The notes beneath the pieces were generated by a model. The model was given only the letters and a program-made list of their open reading frames with translations, did no database searches and was not told the origin of the DNA. A DNA stretch of 64,000 nucleotides from Squalus acanthias (taxonomy: Eukaryota), in assembly GCA_030390025.1 (NCBI GenBank), contig CM059432.1, positions 66,404,001 through 66,468,000 on the forward strand, read 5' to 3'. This document shows positions 38,214-49,790 of this stretch, one piece after another. The translations under genes and the position numbers were made by a program. The stretch's first letter is position 1; each line of letters opens with the position of its first letter.

Positions 38214-40737
38214 CAAGAAGGTGGTCACAGAACTCTGCCACCTCCTGCAACTAGACCTGTAGCCTGAGAGCAGGGTGAGCACGGCTCTCGCAATGGTAGT
38301 CAAGGTCATCGTGGCCCTCAATTTCTTCGCCAGCGGATCCTTCCAGTCTTCAGCAGGAGACACAGCTAACGGCCGCAATTTTCTCCTCGGTGTTGGGATG
38401 GGTGCGAGTCAGCTGGTTTCCGGGTTCTGGTCCCGCCCCCAGATGTGATTTTCCCTTGATTGGCCTTGTTAAGTCTACCCTGCGGGCTTAACGGCCAATT
38501 ACAGGAAGCGGGTCTGATGACATCATTTGATGATGCGTCATCTGCTGATTTCCTTAAAGGGACCATGCACAATTTTATTTTGACAGTTGATTTTTCAGTG
38601 TTTGACAGCATTGAGGTGCTGAAGACACTGACAATCACTGCACAAAGGTGAACTCTTGCACCCAGACTCTCCAATGACTCCCTCCATATGCTTATGGAGG
38701 GAGTCACAGTATGCAGGGAGGTTCTCTTCCCTTCCAAAGGCGGAAAAGACCTCCCCAGGACACCAACTTACCTTGCACCTCCACCCAACCCTCTCTATCT
38801 ACTTTATCACTTCCCCATCTCACTAGCCACCCCTCACACTCACCCTCATTCTACTGCAAGCATACCAACTAACAACACACAAGGGTGGGCACTTGAGAGG
38901 TTTAGCCAATGTCCATGTGAAGTTTCTGGTAATGTGTTGTCATACAGTGAAATCTCATTTTCAAAGAGTGCCCCTTATTGGACAGATCTGAGCGCACATT
39001 GAGAAGTGTCTTACTGAGTTCCAGTAATTGTTCAGTCATAACTCCACCCCCCCCCTGCTCTGCTATAGTGATGCGTGTGCATGGAATGCCTTGGACATTA
39101 AAGGGATGCTTCACGGTGCTGGTGTGGGATGGTGTCAATCTGGTGCATCATGTGGCAGCCAGGGTTTACAGCATCAAGTGAAGAAAGTCTGGCCATGGTG
39201 ATGCCATCGCTGGCCTCCCGGCCAGCAATTTTGTCAGGGGCTGATGTCCTGTGTCCAGTGCAGCATCAGGTGATGGCGGCAAAGGTTGGTGATGAGGTTT
39301 GTGATGTTGGTGTTGGGGATGATTGTGGAAGGATTCGGAGGACCAAGGTCTGATTGTTTCATTGGCTCCGATGTTGCTGGAATAGATGGCATCTGTAGGT
39401 GAGATGACAGAAGCGATCTGTCACTGGTGAGAGAGGTTCTCCCAATGAGGTGGCACTGGACATACAGTTAGATGTAAAAATTTGTTAGCTAAAGAAATCT
39501 GTATATGTATTAAAAATGCAGTAACCAACACTTTCTTTGCTCTGAAACTCACCATGTGCAACATTGCATCCTTGACACCACTTCTGCAGCTGTCATCTTT
39601 TCACAAACATTAGACCAGACTCACAACACGCCACACTTACCTGCCGTGTTTTCCGGACATCGTGAAACCCGACCCAAAAGCTGGAAAATTGAAAAACAGC
39701 CTGAAAACTACTCACATGTACCTGGTAATAGGCAGGTAATTGGCTTTAATCCGTTTCCCGCCATTAGGTGTCGGCTCCATTCGCAAATCAGGGACCCGAC
39801 ACTTGTGAAAGTTGTTTGGAGGCGGGTTGATGGCGGATGCGGAACCCGCCGTCAATCAAAACGACTTTAACCTCTGACCCGCCTCCAAACCCGCCCTCTG
39901 AGCAGCCGGCAAAATCGAGGCCAACATCTCACAGTTTGCCGTCCATCGCTGTATCCGGGAGGTCACTGAGGCTCTCTACACCAGGAGAAGGGATTACATT
40001 GTCTTCTCTTTGAGCAGAGAGAAGCAGGAGGAGTATACATGTGGCTTTGCCAAGATAGCAGGCTTCCTCGTGGTGCAGGGCGCCATTGACTGCACACATG
40101 TGGCTTTGCGGGTGCCGTATAACAATCCTGAGATCTTCCGTAACTGCAAAGTCTACCACTCTCTTAATGTGCAGTTGGTGTGCGACCATGCCCAGCACTT
40201 CCTGATGGTCAATGCCCGCTTTCCTGGCAGCAGCTATGCTGGCCATGACATGGGCATCTATCTCCTGCCACAGACTTCGCGAGGTGTGTGGTGAGGGCTT
40301 CCTTCCAGTGTATGAGAAGAGGACAGCCCGCCTCCTCTCCATGGCCACAACCAGTGCCTCCAGAGCTGTGTTGGAAAATCTCCAAGCTCTCTCCCTATGA
40401 GCACACTCTGCCATGGCTTTGCAGTACCTTCTTCTTGCAGCTACAGTTCTGAGTGGCTTGACAATGAGGTGCTGCAGCATCAGTGCACTTCCCCTTAAGT
40501 ATTGAATAAAGGCTGTGTCACACATGACTGGAAATTAGACTGGACCCAATATTGGCCCACCTGTTGAGCGTTAAGCCAATGAGTATCAGTTTTAGTGCTG
40601 AAATCTAGACTATCATCAAGTTAATGAGGACTGAGCGCGAATTTTGCGTGTTACTTAGACCATTTTGAGGTGGCACAGCTGAACATCATTGGGCCTTAAC
40701 ACTGCCCGTTTCGTGGCCATATCCAATTTCTAGGTCC
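38214..40737. mobile_element. Deleted Harbinger (HARBI1-like nuclease fragment on +, Myb-like fragment on -), interrupted by a second Harbinger
   Basis: FFASGSFQSSAGDTAN|ISQFAVHRCI continues across the insertion. GAIDCTHVALR and NARFPGSS at 40010-40235. MAECAHRERAWRFSNTALEALV on the minus strand at about 40250-40415. TIR-like CAATTTCTAGGTCC at the right end. Confidence 0.82.
38371..39922. mobile_element. Harbinger internal-deletion derivative nested in another Harbinger
   Basis: TIRs GGCCGCAATTTT / AAAATCGAGGCC. TSD AAC at 38368-38370 and 39923-39925. Same structure as 22704-24413. Confidence 0.88.
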
Positions 40738-41042
40738 ATAAGTTGCAATAATAATACAGGTGGTTATACTTACAACACAGTGGTTGTTTTCCTTCCCGAT
40801 ACACGATAGCACAATGGATCAGCAATAACATATCACAGTGCACTGCTACATTAACTCTGCCTAGCAATCTCACAAGCATGCCAGCACTGTGCTTTAACAA
40901 TTGAATCTCAACTTTAAAGTTACATGTTTAAAAGTAGCAAACTGAATCTAATTATCTGTGTTTTAATCCAGGTTCGCTGACTTGTTATCACTAATGTAGC
41001 TCTCTTCGTCACTGATTTTCTTCAGTAATTGTTAGAGGTACC

Positions 41043-44000
41043 TGTAATGTACTTGGGTAGAACAAATGAAGGCCAGAGACATGATGAGTTGCTAGTCCAT
41101 GTGGCTTGTTTATTAGGCCAGAGTGAACTGAGCATGCTCATACCAAACCACATGATAATACATTACACTGCTTTCCCCCTTAAAAAAGTATGTATTTCCC
41201 TCTCAAATACAACAAACCTATAGTCCCACATTTCCCAGCATTACATGTACTCTCTGAAAAGGTCTACTTGGCCTTGACCAGGGTTGTAGTGGAGTTTTAG
41301 GTGGTTTGTTTCTGCAATTTTGGCAAATGCTGCATTTGCTGACAAGTGATTCAAGATCACTGTCCAATCCAGGCCAGGAAACAAAGCTTCTTGCAATTGA
41401 TTTCATACTGACGAACCCTGGATGTTCAGTATGAAGGTTGGCCAGAATTCTATCTCTCAAAGAAGTAGGTACCACCACTCTGTTTCCTCACTTGATACAA
41501 CCTTGCTCACAAGACAATTCAGTACGACGATTATGAAATGGTTTCAATTCTGTGTCTACACACTGATCAGTTCATCCATTCAAAGTGTTTTGATACACTC
41601 TTTTCAGTACTGAGTCCTTTTGAGTCTCATCTTCAATCTCAGTTGCAGTCACCGGAAAGTTTTCCACCTAGTGTGGAAATTGCACCTTCACTCCCAACAC
41701 GAGTCCTCATGTGGCAACCTGGACAAGGCATCTGCGATTGCGTTTTGCTTTGAAGTGCGATATTCAATCGTGTAGTCATATTGTGACAACAACACTGCCC
41801 AATGTTGCATTCTTGCTGCGGCAATTACAGGGATGGTAGATTTGGGCCTCAATAGCTAGGAGCAGTTTGTGATCGGTTATCAGGGTAAACTTTCTACCGA
41901 TCAGGAACTGTTAGAATTTCTTGATTTCAAACACTATGGCGAGTGCTTCCTTTTCAACTTGCATGTAGTTTCTTTTGTTCTTCGTGAGGGGTCGTGATGC
42001 AAATGCGATTGGTTTCTCTTTGCCGTCATCCATTACGTGGCTTATGACAGCTCCCACATCGTAGCTGGAAGCATCACACGCTAACTTAAGCTCTGTGTGG
42101 GAGTACACAAGTAGAGCATCGCTAGAGAGACTTCTCTTACAAGTGTCGTAAGCTTTCTGTTGCGCTTTCATCCACTTCCACTGGACATCCTTCTTGAGGA
42201 GCTCATGCAATGGAGCTAACATGGTCGCTAACTCAGGTAAGAAATGTGCGTAGTACTGGACCATTCCAAGGAAAGATCTTAACTCAGACACGTTCTGTGG
42301 CTTTGGAGCATTGATGACAGCATCAACCTTTTCCTTAACTGGTTGCAAGCTATTTGCATCAACTTTCAGACCAAGGTGCACAACCTTGGGCTGCACAAAA
42401 GCACATTGGCTCCTTTTCAATTTGACATTGTGGGCATTCAACCTTTGAAGCATTATATCTAGCACTTCTAGTTCTTCTTCCTTGCTACTTGTTGCGATCA
42501 GCCCATTGTCTTGATTGCATAAGCAATTTGGAACTCCTTGCACAATCTTATTCGCCGTAGCCTGGAAGATTTTGGGGGAAGACTTTATACCATACTGCAA
42601 CTTGGTGTATGTGCACAGTCCCTTGTGTGTGTTGATGGTGAGATACTGTTGACTCTCTTTGTCGACATTCAGCTGAGCATAAGCATGCAACAGCTCAAGC
42701 TTGGAGAAAACCTTTGACCTAGAGAGTGCTGCATACAAATCTTGTGATGTAGGTAACGGGTACTGCTCATTGTCAACTGCTTGGTTGATAGTAACTTTGT
42801 AGTCACCGCACAAGCGTACAGTTTTGTCTGCTTTGGGCACTACCAAAATCGGGGTAGCCCATTCACTTTTCTCAGTTTTTACTCACACTCCTTTCTCTCT
42901 CAGCCTCGCTAACTCTTCCTCTACCTGACTTTTCAACACATCGGGGACCAGCCTTGCCTTACAATAGACAAGCTTTGCGTTTGACTTGATGCGGATATGC
43001 GTGTCATACCCAGTGATCTCCTCAAAACTGTCCGTGAACATGCTTTCATACTTGTTCAGCATTGTGTCAAGTTGATTCTTTGAAGCATCTACACTGAAGA
43101 CATTTTTCCAGTCTAGTTTGAACTTTCTCAACCAATCTTTGCCCATGAGGGTTGGCCTGTTGTTGTAGCTCGCTGCACTAATAGGCAGCTTTACTGACTG
43201 GCCATTGTGTTGAACTGTACATTCCATTTGTCCACATGTCTCTAGGATTTCTCCGAGTAGGTTTTTAACTCTACGGTACTCTTTGTAAGTGGTACTTGAT
43301 TAAACTTACTCTCATATGCGTCCTTACTCATGATAGAGCAGTCCGCTGCCGCGTCGATATTGCTCGTTGATGAAAAGTTTTGTATGGAAGTCTTTCTCAC
43401 AACTGCTAGCATTGCTGTTAGTGGCATAGATACTGTAGATGCCTCGTTCTTTAACATCAGGTGTATTTACTTCAATATTGTGAACAATATTGTTGTCGCT
43501 GCTTTGCATTGCCACGAGAATGGTTCTTACTTTTGGTCTAGCTCTGCAAGCTGTTGAAATATGGCCTTGCTTCTGGCAGTGAAAACACTTCACATTTCTG
43601 TATTGGCAGGACTGTGGTGAGTGATTTCCATTGCAGCGATAACAATTCACTGAATTATTCTCACCGACATGCTTTTGACTCGGTCTCACAGCTTTAGGTT
43701 TGGGGGTGGCTTTGTGACTGTAGACCTTAGTTTCACTAATCACTTGAGTTGGAAGGAGCTCCCTAGCAGTCTTAGACACCATCTCCAGAGAGAGCGCAAT
43801 TTTGCATGCTATGTCAAACGTTAGGTTTGGAGTGTTCAGTAACTTGGACTGTGTGCACTCATCCACCAGTCCACACACAACGCACAATCCAAAAATGTGC
43901 CGAAGTTACAATGCAATGATAGGTTCTTAAGAGCTACAATGTACTCACTGATGATTTCTCTTTGTTTTTGGTTTCTGGTGCTAAACATACAGCTCTCTGC

Positions 44001-44694
44001 TATTTCTAATGGCTTTGGGTCAAAATGGTCCTCGAGTTTCATGACAATGTCTTCAAATGACGCATCCTTCACTTTTCCTGGCGTGAGTAGGTTTGTCAAA
44101 GTTCTGTAGACTTCTGTAGACATTTTCCATTAGAAAAATTGCTTTTTTACACAAATTACTTTATTTAGAGCTTGAACATTCAAATCTGCACCTTCGGTCT
44201 CAATAATGTTATTGGCCCTAAAAATCATCTCCATCCACTCAATGTAAGAACTGAATGGTTCACGAGCTCGGTCATACATGCCGAGGCTTCCGATGAATCC
44301 TGTAGGCACGGCCATGATTGTCCTAATCCCGTTGAACAGTGACTCAGCACGCCACTTGTGTACCTGTGAGAATCAACGCCGCTGTTGCTGTGTATACATA
44401 CATGTAAAGGTGAAGCACAGATGATTCTGCATGAACATTAACGGTAAAGCATTGCAAAAATTCAGTTTAGGTATCACAAATTCACCTTAAACTTGTCCAT
44501 TCAAAGGTTAACACTTTGTCCTTCCATGATCCCTAAAAATGGCTTTGGGATACCATCCTCATTGCCAAAATGTAATATACTTGGGTAGAACAAATGAAGG
44601 ACAGAGACACGATGAGTTGCTAGTCCATGTGGTTGTTTATTAGGCCAGAGCGAACTGAGCATGCTCATACCAAACCTCGTGATAATACATTACA
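41043..44694 (-). mobile_element. Degenerate Ty3/Gypsy LTR retrotransposon with most of the integrase deleted
   Basis: LTRs 41043-41167 and 44571-44694 (TG...CA). TSD GTACC/GTGCC. PBS TGGCAATGAGGATGGTAT (44550-44567) matches the tRNA-Ser(GCU) 3' end with CpG decay. PPT AGGGGGAAAGCAG. Fragmented gag (two CCHC knuckles), protease, RT-RH (VRLCGDYK, LACDASSY) and HHCC. Confidence 0.93.
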
Positions 44695-44831
44695 GTGCCG
44701 AAATTCTGGCAGTCTCACTGTGCTGGAGGAAGTGCAGCAGAGTGGAATTGCCAGCTGCCTGTGGAGGTGGATACAGATCCTGTCCCAAATTTCAGGAGCA
44801 GAATCATTAACTTAATTGGGCAAGTGCCCCA

Positions 44832-47800
44832 TGTCATAAGAATGAGCCTTACGCGTGGTGAACTTAAAGTAAGCTTTAATCAACTAAAAAGGTGCTACAT
44901 ACAAAAGAGGTCTTACTCTATGCCTCTCCAGGATCCAACTGATCAGCCCAGTATTTATCCTGGACTAATCACAGGAAGTGATGTAATAAAGTTCAAGTCA
45001 CAGGAAGCTGTATTGTGTTACCACATTCTCCCCCCCCAAAAGATTAGGAGGCCGGGATGAAGTTTGAGTCACAGGAAGCTGTATTGTGTTACCACATTCT
45101 CCCTCCATTTCGTAGCCGCTGGACGAGGGAGAGCCGCACCCGTTTGGGTTCTCGTAGCGGTAGAGGGCCCCTAGCCCGTTTACCCGCCGCGGGCCGTGGA
45201 CCAGAGTCCGAGTGATCCAGCCCATTCTGTGAGGGGTCAGGACGATCCTGACTGTGTACTGGTGCCCGAACGGGTGTCGGGCAGGGCTGTGGCAGATCCG
45301 TTTCCGAGCGTATGGTACGGGGTGGATCGTGGCTGCGCGTGCGAGCCCCGACGGGCTCATAGTCAGTCTGCCCCAGGTCGGCACGCTGGAGTGAGGTACC
45401 AGCCGGCGTCAGATCCAGATCGTGATGAGAGGCACCTGGCGAGCCCAGAGATGTGCCTGGTACAATATCATCCCCTGGTGTCCCTCTATGTTTCGGCGGG
45501 CAGGAAGCCAGATCCCGCAATGACACGGTAGATTCCCGACCGTCAGGATACCGAATATAGGCGTAGGTAGGGTTGACGTCAGTGAGCTCAACCTCATCTA
45601 CCAGGGGGTCATTCTTAGACGCCCGAACATATCTTCGGAGTAGCACTGGTCCCGGTGCAGTCAGCCACGACGGGAGAGATATCCCATAGGATGAGCGACG
45701 CTGAAATCGGAAGAACCGTTCATGAGGCGTCGTATTTGTGGCGGTCGAAAGGAGGGACCGTGTGGAGTGTAATGCGTCTGGAAGTACTGCTTCCCATTGC
45801 TGGTTGGGTAGGCCCCGAGATCTCAAAGCCAGACGTACCGCATTCCAGATGATAGCGTTAAAACGCTCGACTTGCCCATTCCCGACCGGATGATAAGGCA
45901 TCGTTCTGCTGGCAGCAATACCCCGTTCCGAGAGATAGGCCTTGAGTTCTCCTGACATAAAAGAAGGGCCCCGATCCGAATGAACATAGGATGCCATGCC
46001 ACAGAAAGCAAATACCTGCTCAAGGCAGCTGATAACCGTGGTCGTCAGCATATTGGGGCAGGGAAAGGCAAACGGAAAACGGGAATACTCATCGACCATG
46101 GTCAATAGATAAGTGTTGCGAGTTGAAGAGGGCAACGGCCCCTTAAAATCGATGCTAAGCCGTTGCATTGGCTGGGTCGCATGTATGAGTATACCACCCG
46201 AGGGGCGGAAAAACTGAGGTTTCAATTCCGCACAGACTCTGCAGTCCGAGCACATCTTCTTTACATCCCCGGTAGAGAATGGGAGATTTCGGGACCGCAC
46301 GAAGTGTAGCATGCGAGTAACGCCCGGATGACACAACCCATCATGGATGTCTACGAGCGTAGAGGGTACCATGGCGGAGCAGAATGCTCTTGTGAGGGTA
46401 TCCGGAGCCACATTCTCCTTGCCAGGTCGATAGTGGATGGTGTAACCAAAAGAGGCCAATTCCAGCCGCCAAAGCTGGATTTTATTATTTTTAATTTTGG
46501 TCCGTTTTCGATTATCGAGCATGAAGGCGACCGATCGCTGGTCCGTGATTAAGGTAAAGTGCTGGCGAGCTAGGAGATGAGTCCACTTCCGTACTGCCTC
46601 TATGATGGCTGTAGCTTCTTTCTCGACTGGAGGATAATGTAGCTCAGCCCCTTGAAAAGTCCTGGACAAAAATGTCACCGGACGACCTTCCTGATTCAGA
46701 GTGGCCGAGATCGCCACCTCCGAGGATTCACACTCAACAACAAAAGGAAGACTCTCATCGATGGAGTGAAGAGCCGCTTTCTCCAACTGTTTTTTCAGGA
46801 GGTTAAAGGCTGCAACAGCCGCTGTGTCTAGTGGGAATGTGCTGGCCTTCAGTAGAGGTTGGATTCGGTCCGAGAAGTTAGGAATCCATTTAGCATAGTA
46901 TGCAAACAGGCCGAGGGCCCGGCGCAAGGAGGCCGGATTCTTAGGTGGCGGGAGTTTTTGGAGTGGGCGAAGCCTTTCAGGGTCAGGTTTAATGATGCCA
47001 TTGCCCACACAATAGCCAAGGATGTTGATGGTTGGTTGTGACTCAATGGATTTAGCCGCATTTAATGTCAAATTACGGTGCTGGAGTGCATCCCAAAATC
47101 GTTGGAGATTGGCGTCATGTTCCCGCTGATTGCGACCTGTGACAGTAATATTGTCCAGATAAGGAAACGTATCCTTTAAGTCTTCCTGTTTGACCAGGTC
47201 ATCCATTGCTCGCTGGAAGACAGCCACTCCATTAGTGACCCCAAAGGGGAGGCGACGAAATTGATACAGCTGTCCATTGGCTTCAAAGGCCGTATACTGC
47301 TTGTCTGAGACCTTCAAGGGTACCTGATGATAGGCACTTTTCAGATCATATGTTGAGAACACCGTGTACTCAGCCAGTTTATTAACCATATCATCGATGC
47401 GCGGCAATGGGTATGCGTCCAAGTCCGTATATTGATTGATGGTCTGTGAATAGTCAATGCACAGCCGTTTCTTGTGAGGTTGTAGAGGGTTCTTAACAAT
47501 AACGACCTGGGCGCGCCATGGCGACGAACAAGGCTCGATGATATCCTTTGCTAAAAGCCGAGAAATCTCAGCCGCAATAAAAGACTGGTCTTCCTGACTG
47601 AAACGTCGTGACTTTGTTATAATCGGTTTGCATCGAGGACGGATACTGGTAAACAGTGAGGATTCATCCAGTGAAGCTGCTGACAATGCACAGAACGGTA
47701 ATCGAGGTTGTATATTAGAAATAGTGAGTTCAGGTTTGGATCCGCCGAACTCAATGGTGAGCTTCTTATGCTGCTTTTGAAAATCTAGCCCTAAGATAAG

Positions 47801-49311
47801 ATCACTACATAAGTCCTTGAGCACCGAAAGCCGGGTGGAGGGATACCTGTGACCATTAAGTGTTATTTCAACCATACAAAAGCCAGAAATTCTGGTATTA
47901 AGTGATGACTGAGCCATCGCAATTGCCTGGTCCGATGGGAAAACATGTAGCTTTAACTCTGCAACAATCTGTTCCCTAATGAAACTATCAGTGCTACCTG
48001 AGTCAATTAAGGCATCTAAAGTATGTCCATTAATTGATGCTTTTGTAGCTGCATGGAATAGGTTCTGAGGACAAGCAGCTGTAATTGGTGTCGTTGCACA
48101 AAGAGTGGCTGAAACTCTAGGTGTGTTTCTTCGAGAGAAAACCCGAGAGGAAGCACGATAGATTTTAGCCGGAACATCTTGATAGGCCCTTACCGGGGCA
48201 GTTCGGTAGGACTTAGCTTGATAAGCCCTCGTAGAGGCTCTTGATAGGCAAACCTTTGCAAAATGACCCTTTTTGTTGCAATGACTGCAAAACGCATTGC
48301 GAGCAGGGCAGAATTTCCGAGGGTGAAACTCATCACCACAAAAGAAGCATTTCTTAGATTGCCAAGAGGCTGCCACAGTGGGGTCATCATCCTCTTCATC
48401 AGTGAAGTCATCAGATTGATCGTCAGGGATAAAGTCCTCCCTAATAGAGTTCACCTGTGGCCTCTTAAATTGCCTGACTGTAGTTAAGGCAGCAGACCGA
48501 GGTCTGGGCACTGTATAAAGGTCTGCATTTCTTTTTGCCAGATCTAGAGAGCAAGCCATGTCATAAGCTCTCTGAAGCTCAAGTGTCTTACTTTCCAGTA
48601 GATGTTGGCGTATAAATGGGGAGGCAAGCCCGCAGATGAAAGCATCACGGATCATTTCTTCACGGTACAGCTCAGCTGAGGCCGCCTGAAAGTTACAGTC
48701 CATACTAAGTCTGCGAAGCTCTTGGAGGAATTTATCAATGGATTCCTCCGGCCCTTGTTGGGCTGTAGCTAGTAGATGTCTGGCATAGACCTCATTCGGT
48801 GTCTTAGTATATAGTCTTTTAAGCGTCCGAATTGCCTCCTCGTAACTGCCCCATTCCTCGACATACTGAAATACATTCGGGGTGACACAGTTGATGAGTA
48901 TCCGCAATTTTGAGTCATCATCAGCCTTGCAATATTCGAGAAAATTGTCAAACGTGCGATACCAGTGTTTCCACACCTTACCGGCTGCTGGGGTGTTTGG
49001 GTCCAAGTCAAGACGCGATGGTTTAAGGATGTTTTCCATGATGGGTGATTCCCTGGATCCTTAGTTCCGAGTTCGTCCAAAAAGTTTGAGTGCGAAGTTT
49101 TTCAAAGTTGATTAAATTGTCGTAAGAATGAGCCTTACGCGTGGTGAACTTAAAGTAAGCTTTAATCAACTAAAAAGGTGCTACATACAAAAGAGGTCTT
49201 ACTCTATGCCTCTCCAGGATCCAACTGATCAGCCCAGTATTTATCCTGGACTAATCACAGGAAGTGATGTAATAAAGTTCAAGTCACAGGAAGCTGTATT
49301 GTGTTACCATA
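44832..49311 (-). mobile_element. Young full-length Ty3/Gypsy LTR retrotransposon
   Basis: 194-bp LTRs 44832-45025 and 49118-49311 with 2 mismatches. 5-bp TSD CCCCA at 44827-44831 and 49312-49316. PPT GGGGGGGGAGAA at 45026-45037. Confidence 0.97.
45089..49039 (-). CDS. Single-ORF Gag-Pol polyprotein, 1316 aa (Gag with two zinc knuckles, protease, RT, RNase H, integrase)
   Basis: CFFCGDEFHPRKFC and CSHCNKKGHFAKVC; LIDSGS; RLCIDY, YDLKSAYHQ, LPFG, YLDN; EKEATA, TDQRS; HDGLCH..CRVC; SIDFKGP, HSDRG, GNGQVER. Domain order PR-RT-RH-IN. Confidence 0.96.
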   Translation of the reverse strand: MENILKPSRLDLDPNTPAAGKVWKHWYRTFDNFLEYCKADDDSKLRILINCVTPNVFQYVEEWGSYEEAIRTLKRLYTKTPNEVYARHLLATAQQGPEESIDKFLQELRRLSMDCNFQAASAELYREEMIRDAFICGLASPFIRQHLLESKTLELQRAYDMACSLDLAKRNADLYTVPRPRSAALTTVRQFKRPQVNSIREDFIPDDQSDDFTDEEDDDPTVAASWQSKKCFFCGDEFHPRKFCPARNAFCSHCNKKGHFAKVCLSRASTRAYQAKSYRTAPVRAYQDVPAKIYRASSRVFSRRNTPRVSATLCATTPITAACPQNLFHAATKASINGHTLDALIDSGSTDSFIREQIVAELKLHVFPSDQAIAMAQSSLNTRISGFCMVEITLNGHRYPSTRLSVLKDLCSDLILGLDFQKQHKKLTIEFGGSKPELTISNIQPRLPFCALSAASLDESSLFTSIRPRCKPIITKSRRFSQEDQSFIAAEISRLLAKDIIEPCSSPWRAQVVIVKNPLQPHKKRLCIDYSQTINQYTDLDAYPLPRIDDMVNKLAEYTVFSTYDLKSAYHQVPLKVSDKQYTAFEANGQLYQFRRLPFGVTNGVAVFQRAMDDLVKQEDLKDTFPYLDNITVTGRNQREHDANLQRFWDALQHRNLTLNAAKSIESQPTINILGYCVGNGIIKPDPERLRPLQKLPPPKNPASLRRALGLFAYYAKWIPNFSDRIQPLLKASTFPLDTAAVAAFNLLKKQLEKAALHSIDESLPFVVECESSEVAISATLNQEGRPVTFLSRTFQGAELHYPPVEKEATAIIEAVRKWTHLLARQHFTLITDQRSVAFMLDNRKRTKIKNNKIQLWRLELASFGYTIHYRPGKENVAPDTLTRAFCSAMVPSTLVDIHDGLCHPGVTRMLHFVRSRNLPFSTGDVKKMCSDCRVCAELKPQFFRPSGGILIHATQPMQRLSIDFKGPLPSSTRNTYLLTMVDEYSRFPFAFPCPNMLTTTVISCLEQVFAFCGMASYVHSDRGPSFMSGELKAYLSERGIAASRTMPYHPVGNGQVERFNAIIWNAVRLALRSRGLPNQQWEAVLPDALHSTRSLLSTATNTTPHERFFRFQRRSSYGISLPSWLTAPGPVLLRRYVRASKNDPLVDEVELTDVNPTYAYIRYPDGRESTVSLRDLASCPPKHRGTPGDDIVPGTSLGSPGASHHDLDLTPAGTSLQRADLGQTDYEPVGARTRSHDPPRTIRSETDLPQPCPTPVRAPVHSQDRPDPSQNGLDHSDSGPRPAAGKRARGPLPLREPKRVRLSLVQRLRNGGRMW

Positions 49312-49659
49312 CCCCACCTATGTAAGGGTTTCAGAAATGCCCGCTTTGACAATGGCGAGGAAAATTGGACTGGTACCATGAGCTGCAAGAGAAGAACAGA
49401 GGCCCTAGTCAGGCTGAAGAGAAGGAGATGAGGCAGTTGTTCAGTACTCCGAAGAGAGCAAGTGGGCCTTCTTATGAAGGTGATCGATCCCGCCTGTATC
49501 AATAACACTTCAAAGTAGATGCACTTTGGTTTGTACACACGTGTAGTTGGGTAAGGACGGGTGCAGCATGACTGCCTAAGATGCAAACTCATTTCCCTCT
49601 TTTGCCTCCTCAAATTCTCCTCTTCCTCCTCCAGAACCAACAAATATAGAGCTACAAAA

Positions 49660-49790
49660 AGCAGCGAAAAAACAACCGATCCTCGAAATCTGAAACAGAA
49701 AATGCTCGAACCACTCAGCAGGTCAGTCAGCAGCTGTGGCGAGAACAGACAAAGTAACGTATCAGGTATGGCCTTTCATCAGAACTAGAA
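49660..49790 (-). mobile_element. Penelope-like element terminal fragment (second copy at about 53765-53860 on +)
   Basis: CTGATGAA..GG..CCTGA(A/T)ACGTTA.CT.TG...GCTG.CTG.CCTGCTGAGT..TTC.AGCATTT.CTG motif in both copies. Confidence 0.6.
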
